From contig OZ004615.1 in NCBI GenBank assembly GCA_963924565.1, forward strand, positions 18,724,001 through 18,788,000: a stretch of DNA of 64,000 nt, written 5' to 3'. Source of the DNA: Ascidiella aspersa. Lineage: Eukaryota. Both the position numbers and the translations under genes were made by a program. The notes beneath the pieces are model-generated. The model was not told the origin of the DNA. It made no database searches and was given only the letters and a program-made list of their open reading frames with translations. Numbering within the stretch: position 1 is the stretch's first letter; the number at the start of each line of letters is the position of its first letter. Positions 24,001-39,000 of the stretch are shown piece by piece.

Positions 24001-27000
24001 AAAACTGCCTGGGCGTCCTTCCTACATTATTATATTTTGGCGCCGGTTTTAATATGTAGGTTGGTGTGGTGAAGCCTATTGTTGTGTAGAGGTTAACTTG
24101 GAAAGGCAAGTGGGGAACAAGTAAGATTTTTCAGAGAAATTGACAATTCAAAACGGTTATTTGCGCATTTAACCAATACAGGATATTTTTTGCGACCAAT
24201 TTTTTATGTTGAAACGGTTTATCACTTAAAAATTTGTTTTCACCACTTGCATTGAAGGAGGTTATGTAATTCCGAAAAAAAGCTTGTATTTTCGTTGAAA
24301 TGTGCCCGTGACTGCTATCCGAGATTTGCCGCCCTTGCATAATCCATCGCGTTCTGTAAACGTCCAAATAAAAACTTGCAGAACCTGGAACGGGCGATAA
24401 CACGTTCTTCGTCGTTACATGAGGCAACCTTTCTAAAGACGCATGTCGGGCAGGCGATTGACCGACCAAAATCCGTCGACACTTTTTCGCTTGACGCGAG
24501 CGCCGATAAGTCCACACGTGACTAATACACGATGACGTTTGCAGTTAGCCGAAAGTGCCTTGTGACGTCACAAGCGAAGTACACTTGTAACACGCGTGGT
24601 GGAGGGATTAGCGCGCACTATATCTTTGACATGACGTTGTTGCCGGGTTAATTATTATGAAAACTTTATGAATCTTTAAAAAAACAGGTATTTTCGGGTA
24701 TGTTTGGCAAATTTGGGGTGCTACTGTTGCTTAAATTTTAACGGCTACTGCTCATTGGTAGAAAGAAAATTCGTTTTCGCCACAAGGCATCAATGCGATT
24801 GATCACCTAACATCCTGTATCGCCAGTGGTATTTATTCTTTATTAAAAAGATGTTTTTTCTAATATGACTTTATCCTACAATACAAATATGTTGGATAAG
24901 TACCAGTTTTGCACCACAAAACGAAATAATGCTATATTATTCAGTTTGAAGTGTCTTTGCCTTCTATTTTAAGTTGATAAGTATCTTTGCTTAAGTTTTT
25001 AATGTTTATAAACCATATTTTATTACAGCGGTGCACTGGCTTGCTGTGACAGTGAGCCGTCAATACCGATTACACACGCCTATAGTTGCTCCAATTCCTC
25101 TAACTTATAATTCAGTCGTCGGGTGAGACACCCATGGCATTGGCGTGCTGTGTGTGGCCTCAACGAACGTCATTGCTCATTAGATCGGATGTGAACTCCA
25201 CTAGAGACAAAATAAAGCCGCCTTCCGATGGGAATTCGACGAATTTTAGCGAGTGCAGTCATCTCTTACCAAAATCGCACTCATAGTTGTTGCATAGGCG
25301 GAACGGCCGCTTGACAAAGTTGGGCTTTCAGTAGCGGTTTCAGTTTCAAATCGGCCAATTTCCGGGTTGAAATTGTCTCTGTCATTTCGCGTAACGGCGC
25401 GTAGCTTATTGCGGTAAATTCTGCCGGCTATGCGAGCCTCAACAGAAACCGGCTTGTTTCTTTTGTTCGTCCCAAAACGGCACTGTTTATACAAGGTAAT
25501 TAGATCGGGCGCCTACACCTTGCTTTTCAAGCTTGTCTAATTCAACATCGACCGCGATCCAAATGCGGCTTTTCTGATTTTGCTGGCGATAAGTTTAGGG
25601 TGTTGGCGCGACGCCAAGCTCCGTGCTTTGCTGGTCAAACGGTCGGAGTTTATACAGGCCCGGGTGTGATTCATTGTCTAGTGGGGAATGATTCGTGCCT
25701 AAGTAAACCCAACATTGGACATTTTGTTTGTACTGGGACGGACCCATGTGGTGTAAATTTCCGACCATATTCGCGCTGTTAAGGCCATGTTTGTCTTGGG
25801 TTTTAAAGCTGTCAAATCAATTTTCCTTTATGGGCAACAGCTTTTTAAAAACGTGTTGTTTTAGGGTCTGATATTGATTCATTACTGTCCAAGTGACTTC
25901 AAACTGTGTCTCTTTACTTTTTAACAACCATCAGTGTTGCTATTTATTCCCTTTACAAGGCTTTTTTCTAATAACGAAGGTAAAGTCCCTGATGTTTAAA
26001 TGACATGTTTTTATTTGTAGAAAAAATTCTAAAACAAAATATATATAGATTTAGTATTTAAAAAAATGTTTATTTAGACCAAAGTATTAGATCAAAATCT
26101 AATTCTATACCGAAGTTTTTTGCTATTATTTTTTCTGTTCTAATTCTTAATGAAAAAAGCCAGACCCTGTAGAGTGCCAACTGCTACCGTCTTGTGATTT
26201 AAGATTTCCCTTCTTACGCCTTGCTGAAGAGGGTTGAGGTGCCTTCTGTTGTTCCGATAGCCCTCCTTATTGCCCATTGAGCATGTCTTAAGTGGCTTCT
26301 GTGAGGACGAGAGGTCATTGTGAAACAAAAATTAGACTCCTTGAACTTGCCCCATTGAAAGCATTGGCCGTTGATGTATTGTTTTCGCCACTAGAGTTAA
26401 ATAATCGATAAAAAACTCGAGGGCCACTGCTATTCTACCAGTTGTTTAGTAATTATAAGAAAAAAATCTGCAGTTTCTTTTATTTTACCTTTAGGCAATG
26501 CCACATTTATTAATCAAGCCCAACTTGTTACACAAAACTTATATATAACCTTATCCTGATCTATAATGTAGGGGTTTATTTGGACCAAGCAGCGAAATAA
26601 ATGTTTGAAAAAAAGTATCGGTTTATTTTTGCATTTAAAAAGTGATTTGCTAGTTAGATGCAATTGCATGTGCTGTTTTGTGACACAAAACCCCTAAACT
26701 TTACTTGTTTTATGTTTTTCAGGAGATATAACACAAAAGGGATATGAAAAGAAAAGACTGAAGTTATTGGAGCCGTATCTGGTGAAGAACAAAAAAGGTA
26801 ATTAACTATTAAGCTACAATTCAACAAACAGACTTAAAGCACTAGCTTGTCAATAACTTTAGGTTATGCTTTGAGCAAAATTAAAAGTCAGCCTAGCTGA
26901 ATATTATGTAAACAATGCAAGATTTTTGTAGTTTAGTTAAATGCCAAATCTTAGTTTCACCATCAGAGCTTGCATACACAGGCAAAATCATGCCTGGGCT

Positions 27001-30000
27001 TGTATCTACAGCTGCTGGATTGTTTTTAATCTGCTTAGCTCTTGGTCCAGGGCACTTGGCACTGGATAATTTCGCTTCCCCAGTCAAGATAATTTGCTTT
27101 GTGCTTGTGCACTGGCCTGTGATATGACTCACTGTCTCCAGCCCTGCCATTGCCACACACTTCATGAGTCAGTGTTTGTAAATTTCGCCACTTACCCCTT
27201 TCCTTCTTTTTTCAAGAATTTTTGCAAGAAGCGTGCACTTGTTTACTGGATACTTTTTGAGTCATCTTGCTTGCCTTGCTATTTCTCTACTCAAGTTTCT
27301 CTTGTTGTTTACAAAGGCTTTGATTTGCCACGCCTGGTTTGCAAGGCAATTGAAATGCATTTCTTGTTCACGGGATACTCTTTTAAATCATTCTTTTAGT
27401 ATTGCAATTTCTTTACTAAACTTTGTTTTATTTTGTTCACAAGACTCTTGATTTGCCACATTCGATCAGCAATTGTATTCAAATGCGTTTGCATTATATA
27501 TAGTCTTAGACTTAATAATTAAATTAAAGCTTGCACTCGCAAATCGGGCAAGTGCCTGCCGATCGGCACTAGACGAAATACATTCGCAAATAATTTCGGC
27601 ACGTTTACGAATTACGTCCTTCACCTAATTGTTCATCACCAATGATTTAAGCTGCCTTTTGTTTTGAAGCGTAAGATCTTGTATAGTCGGCCTCGGATCT
27701 CGTATAGTCGGCTTGAAGGCGAAGTACTTTTTGCTTGTTCTTATGCGCCTGCCCAATTCGTTTTTGTAGTTGCACAAGCGTAAATCGTCGTAACCAATAT
27801 ATACAATAATTTGCCTTCAGTCTTTGTTGTTTAAGATAATTTGTCTTAGATCAACCAAAAAAGTCCAGTGGTTCTAATAACATGGACGAGAGGATAAATT
27901 ATAAAATTTCAACCTGAATTTTTGTAGCAAACCTAAAGATTTTATCGGCAGGCAGCCAGACAAATCTAAAAATAAAATTTTTCGCTTAACTCGTGTTAGA
28001 AAACCAAAGTATAATATTTTAAAGTTAAGATATGCAAAAGGTTGTTTTAAATTTTTAATGTGGTGTATTCAACTACCTAAGTCAGTACGATTTAATTGCA
28101 TACCGCCATGTCGTTATTACCTAATCTTTGCGAGACAGCTTACTTATCGCAATCGCGTCCTTGCAGTAAAATATTCATAAAAACGACCGTGACGCTTTAG
28201 CTTAGCGTTTTCGCCGCCTTTAGTATGAGAAACACGAACAAGACGCATGGGAAAAACATTCTTTACGTCCCCGAATTGTTTTGAAGGAATGCAGAGCCTG
28301 GATATTGGTTACGTCTCGCATTCCAAGCTATTAACTGACACTGCGGGGTTGCAACGCCTTTTGAGTTTTCGGATCCGTTTTGCGAAATGTAACGCGTAGA
28401 TAAAACGCATGAATAAGCGCAGGATATTTTCTCGAGCCTGGTTTGCAAACTCGCAGTTTTTTTTTAATTAAGCACTTGTTAGTTTCAATTGTCGGTTTAT
28501 ATTCGTTTTTTAAACTTCGATTAAAATTCGGCTAAATATTGCCTTGTGTATAGCCTGGATTGTTACTGCTCGTTTATGTTGAATTACATTAGCATTTTAT
28601 TTTAGCCCAACGTATATCTAATTTTAAAAGTTTTGCTCATTGCTACCAAAACGCATTTCTCGTTACTCGATAAATCTCCTTCGAATGTATATTGTTATCC
28701 TTATAATTACGTGCAGTAAAGTTCAATTTAACCCGTAATCTTCGATCAGATAATTACTAGGTAAAGAACAGTTTTCAGTTGAATTGCTCAAAGACTTTCA
28801 CTTGTCAATTTCACCAAACTTGAATGAAGAATTTATGTATATTTCTCCTAAAAACGGCGCCAAACCGCCTTTTTTTCGCCAATTTGAAATTTAACCGCCG
28901 CTCAATCGAAATCAATGTGAAATAGCTGCTTGCTTTTCCTAGCTGTAATGTTCAAGTCAGTGACGAACGAATAGGTGTGCCGATGATCAAGTGCAATATA
29001 ATAGTGGAAGATTTAGAGTTAGACAACCAATAACATTACTTTGAATGGTGAAAACTATTTGTTTCTACGATCTTTAACATACGTATTACGTACAGTCTTC
29101 CAATTATCATTTTGATTTGAATGGCAAAACTGCATTGTGTGATTATGACTCGAGGCTCAAACTGGATGACGATACAAGACCATTAGTGTTCTTACCTCTT
29201 TTATGCCCAAAGTCGGCGAAATATCAAGAAATCATGACGGAATAATGGCATATAGGCGCCAGACATATACCTGTTGCGTAAATTTGTCATGAAATCACGA
29301 TTTTCAAACATGTTTTTACATTAGGTAGAAACGTGTTTTGTCTGAAGTTCAACGTAAAGGTTAATGGTTTTGCAGTCTCCGTGATTTGGATTAAGCAATA
29401 GGGCCGATTGAATTCAAACTTGCATTTCACTGCACCAGCCCGAGATTTCTCACGAAAACTGGTTCGGTACGAATCGACGCCAATATTTCCAAAACGCAAG
29501 TCAGCAGGGCACCTATTTCAATACAAAGCAACTTTTGCACGTCCTTCCTGTGAATTGGATCAAGCAATTTCCAATTTGTGACGAGTTCGAGAAACTGCCG
29601 CGAGCGGCAACGGTGTGACGTCATCACGATCGCACGTGTTTGCGGTGGAAAGCGGTTGTGCCAATATATCGGAAGTGCTCGCAAGAAAAAGCGAGAGCTG
29701 TTGCAGCTTGAATTGGCGGCACCTGCCAATTGGGGTCGTGCGCTGTCCTGGTTTAATAATCTTCGTTTGAAAATTTGTTGTAGCTCCACTTGGATGGAAC
29801 ATGGAAGCTACTCGGCCCGTCGTTTATGTCGTGGCAATGCTTCACCGTTTTTGGACAAAGACCTAGTTTACAACAATTGTTGTGGCCTGTAGAATGGAAA
29901 AAATTAGTTAGGGCTATTGCCGTGTGGAAAACTATTAGGTTAGGCATTGATATTTTGAACGTTTAATATGCTACGTTTTGAAAGAAGACAGCCAAGCTGA

Positions 30001-33000
30001 TATACTGTGTGTCTCCATTACAGAGGTAATTTAGGTGATTCGAGCCTTGGGGTGAAACCTTAACCTGAAACAAAATTTCGGAGAATTGTAGTTTTCGAAA
30101 AAAAAAACGATTGTGCTTTGATTTTTGTGTCACTTGGAATACCAGGTTTCAAAAGGGAACAGTCGATTCTATATTTCGCGTATAATACATGAAAAAGTCA
30201 AGCTAGATATTTAAAATCCTGGGTGAACTGGTAACCTGGAAGTCTGGAAAATCGGCGTTTGCGGTTTGGCAAGACGACAACGAAATCGAGAAACGGAAGC
30301 GCAAAATTACTGTGATACGGAGTTGTTTTCTCGTTTTTTTAGCGCAATTTGCGTCAAGCCTGGGCTGAAGGTTTTCGCGGTTAGTCGCTCGCGGAAAATT
30401 CGCGCTAAATATATCGGCTACTGACGTCGCTGATGCAAGCCAGCGGGAAGTACAACCTTTCCTGTTGACGTGATTAACTAAAAGTTTCCCGTTCTTTGTC
30501 TTGTTGTGAACATTCGTTATAAAATTAGCTCAAAATTTACATGCTTTTATTTATTTACCCGTTAAATTTGACCTGCGAAGTTTTAAAATGATACTGCTAT
30601 CAGGTTTTCATTCTTACATCTGAGAAAATGTGTGTGTTATTTCGTAATTTTATTTAGCAATTTTCTGTCACAATTCTCCCCAACCACTATACTTAGAGTC
30701 CATTTATCGACCACCCATAAGATAAAAAGGCGAACAAATCCTTGCAACGTGATTCCAGTTCAAAGGCAGTTTATGGTTTCTGTTCCAGAAAAGAGCACTG
30801 ATCAGTGGATCACTGTAAGGCAATGGTTGCGCTGTTTCTGCTGAACCTGTCTTATTCGTTTTTTTTCTTGCATTCTCATACATAAACAATGGTGTGTTTA
30901 GCACAACTGTGGTGTTAACTGTTCAATTTAACGGCTGAATGAAACTTCAAAGGTTGTTTACGCTTCCTGGACTGTACCAGCCTTAGTTTTGGAAGTCGAA
31001 TTTCCTCGAAGCCTGCTGGATTTGATTTCCTGCTCTGACCATTCTGTTGTTACCATTGTCTGGCGCCGTTTTATCGTTTTGCGAAAATGGCTCACAGCTG
31101 GGTAAAAGTCTGGTCTTTTCGACCTGAAGTCTGTTTGTTTGTGTTAACGTTACGCCATTTCTGTACATAGTTTTCCCCAATTTTGGTAGCTTGCCAAAGT
31201 TCACACAAGAAGTAAACAAAACTAATGCTTCTATAGTAGACCAGGAAAAACTACAGCCCGCAAAGCGATTGAAATAATACTTCAATGGCGTAAAAGCGTA
31301 ACAATGAGTTCATCTAACTAACATTGAAAGCCTACAGATTCGTCTGTAGTTAAACGAATAACGATACCAGGCCGCGTGACTTGTCCAAGGTTGAAATAAC
31401 CAGGATAAAACATGATCATAAAGAGCCCGAAGGTTGGCCAGTCATATCCTTGTCTCGTAAAGCATCGAATTTCACGATTTCGGTACATGCTTTCACCTTT
31501 GGTTGTATCGTGTAATCTTCTCATTACGCAAAAATCGCTTAATGATCACGCGTTCGGTTCATGGGTCACTTTGAAAAGTTTCCATTTGGATTATTTTAAG
31601 TTATATCAAGACGTATTTCAGAGACCGTGTTAGTTTTTACTGAGCGGTCTTTGATCATAGTTCTTTCTCGTTGTATTTCAAGCGTTGGTCGTCCGATCCA
31701 ACTGATCCCAGAATTCAGTTTTTTAGACTGACGACTTGACATTTCTCCATATTTTATATAGCCAACCGCACCTGATGGAATTTGTTGTCTTTTATGTCCC
31801 GCGGCCTAGCCCAGTAACCTTTTAGTCATCTTACACCCTTTTATATTTGATCAGAGCATGTACGCCTGAATCGTGCCCGCCTTACTCAAACGTAGAAATC
31901 ACAATTACGCAATCCTTGATATACTTCATTACCGAGTAGACATTTATGCCGAATTGAGGAAATGGGCAATAAGCAGCATTTTTTTCTGAATGTTTACAAA
32001 TGATTTATAAACTTTTATGAACTCCATAATGTTTCCCAACCCCCACAAAAAACTGGTTAAAGATAAAAAGCACTATCCGACAACTTTAGCAGACGTAAAA
32101 TCATGTTGCTTATAAATTAACAAATTCACCTAAAAATATCTGAGTTCATTCTACTTAAAACCCATTCTTTTTTTGGTTGTTTTGTGGTTATTTTGATTAA
32201 ATCGAATAAAAAATAAAATAAACCATGCCAAACTGCTAAATAAACACGCACAGTGTGAACAAGATTATGTAAGTCCGTTTGTCCAAACCGAGTCGATTAA
32301 AACAAAACAAGTGTGTGAGAACTATCGCAACCTGAGAGGTATAAAAGACGGGTTTGTCCGTCCACCGCTAAATAGCTGCCCAGCCGAGGAAATCGCTCCG
32401 AGCTAAATGGCCCCTTTGTCTTGTCAAAGCTCACAATTAATCGCGGATGGGGCAATTTGGCAACAGTTGTTATCAGCGGTCGACCAAGGCACATTAGCCG
32501 ATTTTTCGCGGCCGCCCGCACTCCGCAGTGTTCCTACTTTCACCAGCGGTGTTCGGCTAAGTTAGACAGCTTAAGGGTGGGTGGAATTTGGCCTAGTTCT
32601 CTCTTCTGGTTCAAACCGGGCTGCCCAGTTGACCAAACAGGACTTGCGTTTGTATGTACAGGGTGGAGTTTTTTGTATGTTGGTCGGTGTTTTCGTTTTC
32701 ATGCGGCATGTTGAATGTCGTGTTGTACACAAGTTACCGTCGGGTCAGATACACCGAGGAATCTTTTACCAGATGTTCGGTATAGGTCGATAGGAGACTT
32801 TTGATTTTAGAGATACCCAAGCTAGAACCTAGGCAAAGGTAGCTAAAGGTATGAATGTTTGAATGAATTTTGTTTTTTATTAAGAACGTTTGGTGAGGTC
32901 TATATGTCCGATAATATCGGTTCGTAGCCGTTACCCGATATCAGGTGGTAGGATCGGTACTGACGGTACAAACTAGGGTGGAATGGGTACTGACGGTACA

Positions 33001-36000
33001 AACTAGGGTGGAATGGGTACTGGCGGTACAAACTAGGGTGGAATCAGTGCTGATCTGATACCAAGTTAGTAGAGTAATTTCATCCATGATTTGCGACAAA
33101 CGCAGTGATTTCTACTTTAAATGTTAAATTCTTCAAAAGTTGTAAAAATTTAGCTAATTTTTTTAACGTCAAAGACTATTTTGACCCATTTCTCGAAAAC
33201 AAAATACCTTTGAAAGTTTCAATTTTGCCTTGCTTGTTTGAGCATGGTAATGATTTATTTTTCCTTTCGAATTATTTTTGCCAAGGCACATCAGCTAGTA
33301 TCAAAGTTTAACACTACATAATCAAAAGTTCAACACTACATAAAAAAACCTACTTTGACCCTTGTGTGTTATACTTGTGTTTATTTTTGATCATTTTAAG
33401 CTTAACGCGCAAATAGTACATTACTTAATGTGCAGGATGTTCCTTGCATAATGCATACACCAAAAGGTCCATTTAGAGGAAAACGCGTTGTGAAAAGGAA
33501 AAGTTTATTTATTTTATAAAAGTAGCACAACTGTAGTTGCAGACGTTTTTTGATATACCAATTCTACTGCAAATGATCACGATTCGTCCAGCCATTACAT
33601 AACTGCTCAGGCCGTTATATACAGTGTGCACCAGAGTACCTTCGGATTAGGAATTTCTAGATGTTACTTGTGTCGCTCTTTCGTATTCAACGTCGCATCA
33701 CAAGTGTGGCGCAGAATCGACAATAACCGCCATACGAACATAAACACTCAGCCAGTTTGCCGAACAAAATCAGCGCTCGACAGCCGTTGGGCGATAAAAG
33801 CTGTTGGTTGGCAAGTCTGCCCGCCGCTATTAGCAATATCCGTTCGCAGTATTGCCAGTGGTCGGAGGAAGTTTGTGTATTGCAAAGTGCGCACAATTGC
33901 AATCGGAAGCGTTTTATCATCAGCGCCGGTGTCAATTGACGAGGCTCAACAACATCCGCATTTCGACAGGTTCGGCGCTCTCTTGTACGCTTACATATCA
34001 TATGCGACCTCTGCTTTGTAGAAGTGCATTTTTGTGCTTTCTTTCGAAGCTTAAAACGCGTCCTCCTGTCGTACCATTACAACACTGCAGTGAATCTTTT
34101 TCCTTTTTTTTCTTTGAAGTTTCGCTTGTTTAAAAGTATCTGTCAATGTGATCGCTAAATACTACTGATAAAAGAGTATTGTAGTATATTAAACTTAGAG
34201 TACACTCAAAAAATATGTTTAGTTGGAAACGTACTTTTATTCTTTTACCATTTTTTTGTAGTTGGAAAGTACTTTTAGTCTTTTACCAAACAAAACCGTG
34301 TTATATACTGCAACAGCCAGTTGCAGGTTTAAAGCGTGTCAAATATCTGCAAACTGCATGTTTGTTGTTGGTTTTCAAATAAGTTTGTAAATAGATCTCA
34401 TTTTAAAGAAAAAATCGAAGAAACCATCCTTGCCGTAAAGTTTATCCACCCCAACGCGTGTCGGCCGCATAGATATGCTCCCACTGGGCGCATTCTGCAA
34501 ACTATATTTTTCGCAGCCGTCAAAATTGCCGCGTTATTTTCCATTGCTTGTCGAGGGCCAGACGAATCGTGTCAGTCGAAAAAAAAAATCGTGTCAAGCG
34601 AATGGTCGTGTGAAAACCGGCATTGCGGTGCTTATAAGCGAGCTTATATGGCTTCGAGACAAGCTGTCGGCTATTCTTTTTTCTGTTCCGTTTTCGTGAT
34701 ATTGCCGGTTGGGAAACTGCTTTAGAAATTGCCAAACCTGTCTTGTGAAATATTCAAAATATTTGTACTTTAAAAAGGGCGCTTTACAGGTATGCAGGTG
34801 TGACACAAATATGCACAAACATGTTGCTTAAAGAAATTGATTCTGGTACTGCAAAATGACTAAATGGTGAAACGGCAAATAATATTGCTTAAAATAAACA
34901 TTATGAAAAAATACTCAAGTGACGAAAATTTCGAAGTGGTAAAATGCAATAATGCGGTACAAATCGGAGCAAATTGAGAAGTGATTGGTAAGCTTACGTC
35001 TAGTGCTGGCAATGGGCCTAAATATTATTCGTAAAAAACGTAGAAGCCATTAACGCGCCCAGAAGCGTTCCAATGGGGCTATATTAGACATAGGTCGGAA
35101 TGCAACCGTACATTAAAATGCAGAGACGGCCGAATAAATTAGCCATTGAAATATAAACTGGTCCAAAAATAATGCTTTTAAAAGGGACCCAAGTGTTCTT
35201 AGAAGGGACTATACGGGCTGGCAAAGAAAAGGTTACAAGGTGCTCTGAGATTCGACCAACGGAACTTAAACAAGCAGTGGAAATGGGAAGAAAAATAAAG
35301 CTTTATTAAATAGAAACCAAGCGATTTCAGAAGTGACTATAAACAGACCAGCCGAGACACAAAAATAATGTTTAAAAATCGAACCAATCACTCTTGGAAG
35401 TGACTGAACCCACAAACAGAACTAAATGACGTATAAAAACGGGCACATAATAATGCTTTTAAAATTAGAGCATATCGACTTCTGAATCGATTAGTTCAGC
35501 GGTTCTCAACCGCCGGTCCGCCAAATATATTACAATTTTGTATCTCAATTGCAAAATGCAAGATGTTGAAGATCAAATTTAGAACTTCCTCCAGCTCCGT
35601 AGTTGGAACATTGTGACGTAACATAGAGATAATGCTTTACTCTGGACTTTATCGTACGTAACAATACTGAAGTGTTGTGCCCAACTTTGAAAAAGTAGGC
35701 TATACAGTTTGTTTCCGTTCTTTGCTTTTAAGTTGCATACTTGTGTCGTAAATAAATTTTGGGTCGATTTGATTTATGAAGGTTCGCCGGTCCGCAAAAT
35801 TTGTTTTGGAATTTTACCGGTCCGCGAGCTAAAGAGGTTGAGAACCACTGCTTAGTTAAACCTTTGTCACGTCACAGTATGTTGTGTGAGTTCTCCCGAC
35901 GCTAAATCCGTGTCTTCCGGCGCCGTCTGTCTCATCTCGCCGACTCTGTGTCGCTAAAAAGCCGCCGAAATCGAATTGACCCGTTGCGATCTGGCACAGC

Positions 36001-39000
36001 CACGCTTTTCTTTGCCTTTGTAAACGCCGACCGACCGATCGATTTTTGTTTTTTTGTCAAATTCCCATGCTTTTCTTTTGAAGTGGCAAGTATAATCACG
36101 AAGAGATTTGCGGTATAAGCTTATTTTCAACGCTGCCAAGTTACGCTTTGAATCGTTTTGTACACTATAAGATAATCGCCTTACGCTAAAAACATACCAT
36201 AGAAATTTATCATCGTTTACTATTAAAAAACATATTAAATATGGACGTCATTTTATTTTTTACCCTCCACAACGTTCTGAAAATCATTTCAAATCTTCAG
36301 GATGTTATGATATGTGAAGCCTACCGGTTGCAATGGAAACCTCTGCTTACATAGTGAGATACGCTTTTTTAAATTACTGGCCGTTTACCATACGTGGGCA
36401 ATTGATTTATACCGCGGAACGCAATAGAAACAAAAAAATTCTCGTGAAAAAAATGTAGATCTGAAATACACATAATACAGTGTGTGATTCTTTTTAGAAA
36501 ATGCGTATAGTATTCTTTTTTTGACAAGCTGGTAAAAATAGGAATATGTATCTTACAAAAGAAATTAATTCAATACAATATTCTGATGTAAAAAAGTCAC
36601 ATTTTTGTCCAAGAATGTTTTTTTGAAAATAAACCGCGGGCTGTAGTTTTCCCATTTACTACAGACAGAATTTGGTATGTAAGAAAAAGCGAAACCAAGT
36701 ATTTGACAATACTGCGTTCTAGCGTAGTTTGCCGTGTACGTCCAATGACACGCTCTTTACTTCAATTTTGACTTTAACCTCTGGTCGTCTCCTTTCACTT
36801 ACTTGCTGTACTACATCGATTCGATTCGTTGATTATCATCTCCGCCCCGCAAAGCAAACATCTGGTTAATATCCCACGATGCTACTTTCCGAGAAACTCG
36901 AGCGAACACGAATTGTCTCTTCTCGCAATCAGCACTGGAGAAAACGAGGTCATTCCACAACTGATAGGCTGCCCCGGTTGCAAACTGTAAGAATTAGTTT
37001 TTAGCTCATTTTAACACCGCTCCTCACAATAAACAGTTTTTGCTTTTTATACTAATAGTACACCACCCTTGTTCACCAAGCTCACACTTTGCGTTCAAAA
37101 TCTATCGATTGGTTATTACTTCTCTATAATTAAACGCAAAGTCATTACGAGCCGGTCGTTTCTAAATCAAAACTACGACCGTGGTTGCTTTTGTTTTTGG
37201 TTAATTTGCTCTCTCAACTTCTGTGAACATTTTAGATCTAGATATTGTAGGCGAAATTACACTACTGAATTTATGTGGTTTAATTTCACACAATTCAGAC
37301 CAGAGGGTGTTGCCATAAATGTTCTTCTAAACATACATCACCAGAAATGAGATAATGTTGACCAGAATGTTTTATGTTTTAACTAGTCCCGCCAAAACTC
37401 TGTCGCGATGTGCCGTGTTGGTCTAGGTTTCCTTTATTTGCCAGCCGAATGCTGTCAAACGGCGCGGTAGTCCTCATAACAATATCCATTAAGTCGTGCT
37501 GAATACTTTCGGGTTAATGTGGTTAACCCTTGGCGATTGTGCTGGCAACGGTCGGGCCGCGCCGTGAAATACTTGACAATAGTGTCGCCAGTTTCGTCAG
37601 CAGGCAATTCGAGATTTAAGCGTGGGGTTTTGTGTTTCAAAATACCGATAGTTTAGTTGGCGACTGAAATCTCCTTTTTAACCTGTTTTATGCAACAAAA
37701 CGGTCAGTGTATTTGGACGCCTTTCAATCGCTTTTTGCTTTGTCATTGTCTAATGCGAAAATGCAGCAACAAATATTTTATCGACTGTTGGTTAAGATCG
37801 AAGTAGCCCCTGAATTTAACCATGGGTTTATTAAACGTCCTAATTCCATTTGAAAAGACAGTAGACCCATCTAAAAGTCCATACCTAATGATTTGAGAAA
37901 ACAGTTGAAATAAGTCGAAAAAATAAAACCAATATTTTGGCAAAAAATTAAAAATAACCCAAAATAAATCACACGGCTCTGTTAACAATTCGATTAGAAC
38001 CTAGCTCAAACACATGGCTTCTCGCAAGTAAGATCTAAATTCGAATTGGCATTCCTCTCACACATTCGTCTGTGTTAACTGGAATTATCCAGATGCCGAA
38101 CTCGTCAGGGCAATTCCTTTCACATTGCTTCTGAAACTTGGCAACCGGCGCCATTTGCACGCCCCACTTGGCCCCAATCGCTGCGCTCTCGTTTGTTCTG
38201 CTTTCGTACGTGACCCCCCTAGCCCCCCTCTGTCTCCTCCCCACCCGCAGACAGCGGGAACCCACCCCAAGCCCCCGCGTTACCATTGTCACCCAGACGT
38301 TAAGCTTAAAGCCGTTGTTATTGTGGTGCAAGACTGCTGTTAAAATTTTAGAACCAATTCAACACCAGTGATAAAAGGTTGATTAATTTCTGCTGCCTTC
38401 GCCGGTAAGAAACTAACCAAGTATGCCACGAGAATATTGCGTGATCAGATTTGATACAGTTAAAAAACATAAACAATATATTTTTGACCCTTTATTTTGT
38501 TACGTACTCTTGCCATTGTAATTTCTACCCCTTCCATTGATTAGCCTGATCCCTTAAGGCTGTGGTTCCCAACCAGGGTGGTTAAAAAGTTTTGCAGGGA
38601 TGCTTAAAAGTGAACCCATAATAAACAGTATTACAAGTTATCTAGTATTTATTTTTCCGTAGCTTAAGAATATTATGAAAGCGGGTTCGTGACTATAACA
38701 TTGAGAAACGTTTGAGTCTTTAGCTGTTATCACCGTATTATTCCTTTTTATTAGAAAGAGGAGGTCAAACACAAGGGGCACCAAGCGTATGCAAGGGATA
38801 TAAGAACTTATTGTTTCTTCGTACATATTTTTACGTTAATTTTTGTAGTTTTTTTGTTTTGAGTCTCAATTATGCGTCCCTCGATTATGACACAAGTGCA
38901 TTGGACCTTGCGACCTAACGTTGATAAAAATTATTTTATTTAAACGGTAGCAACCTTTTTAACGCATGGTTCTACAACCAACAACACATGGACGGGTCCG

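Noticed and set aside
32956-33044. CRISPR-like appearance of 30-bp repeats (also 1046-1136 and 62540-63056)
   Set aside because: Units are contiguous or wholly homologous, with no unique spacers and no cas genes, in a eukaryotic context.
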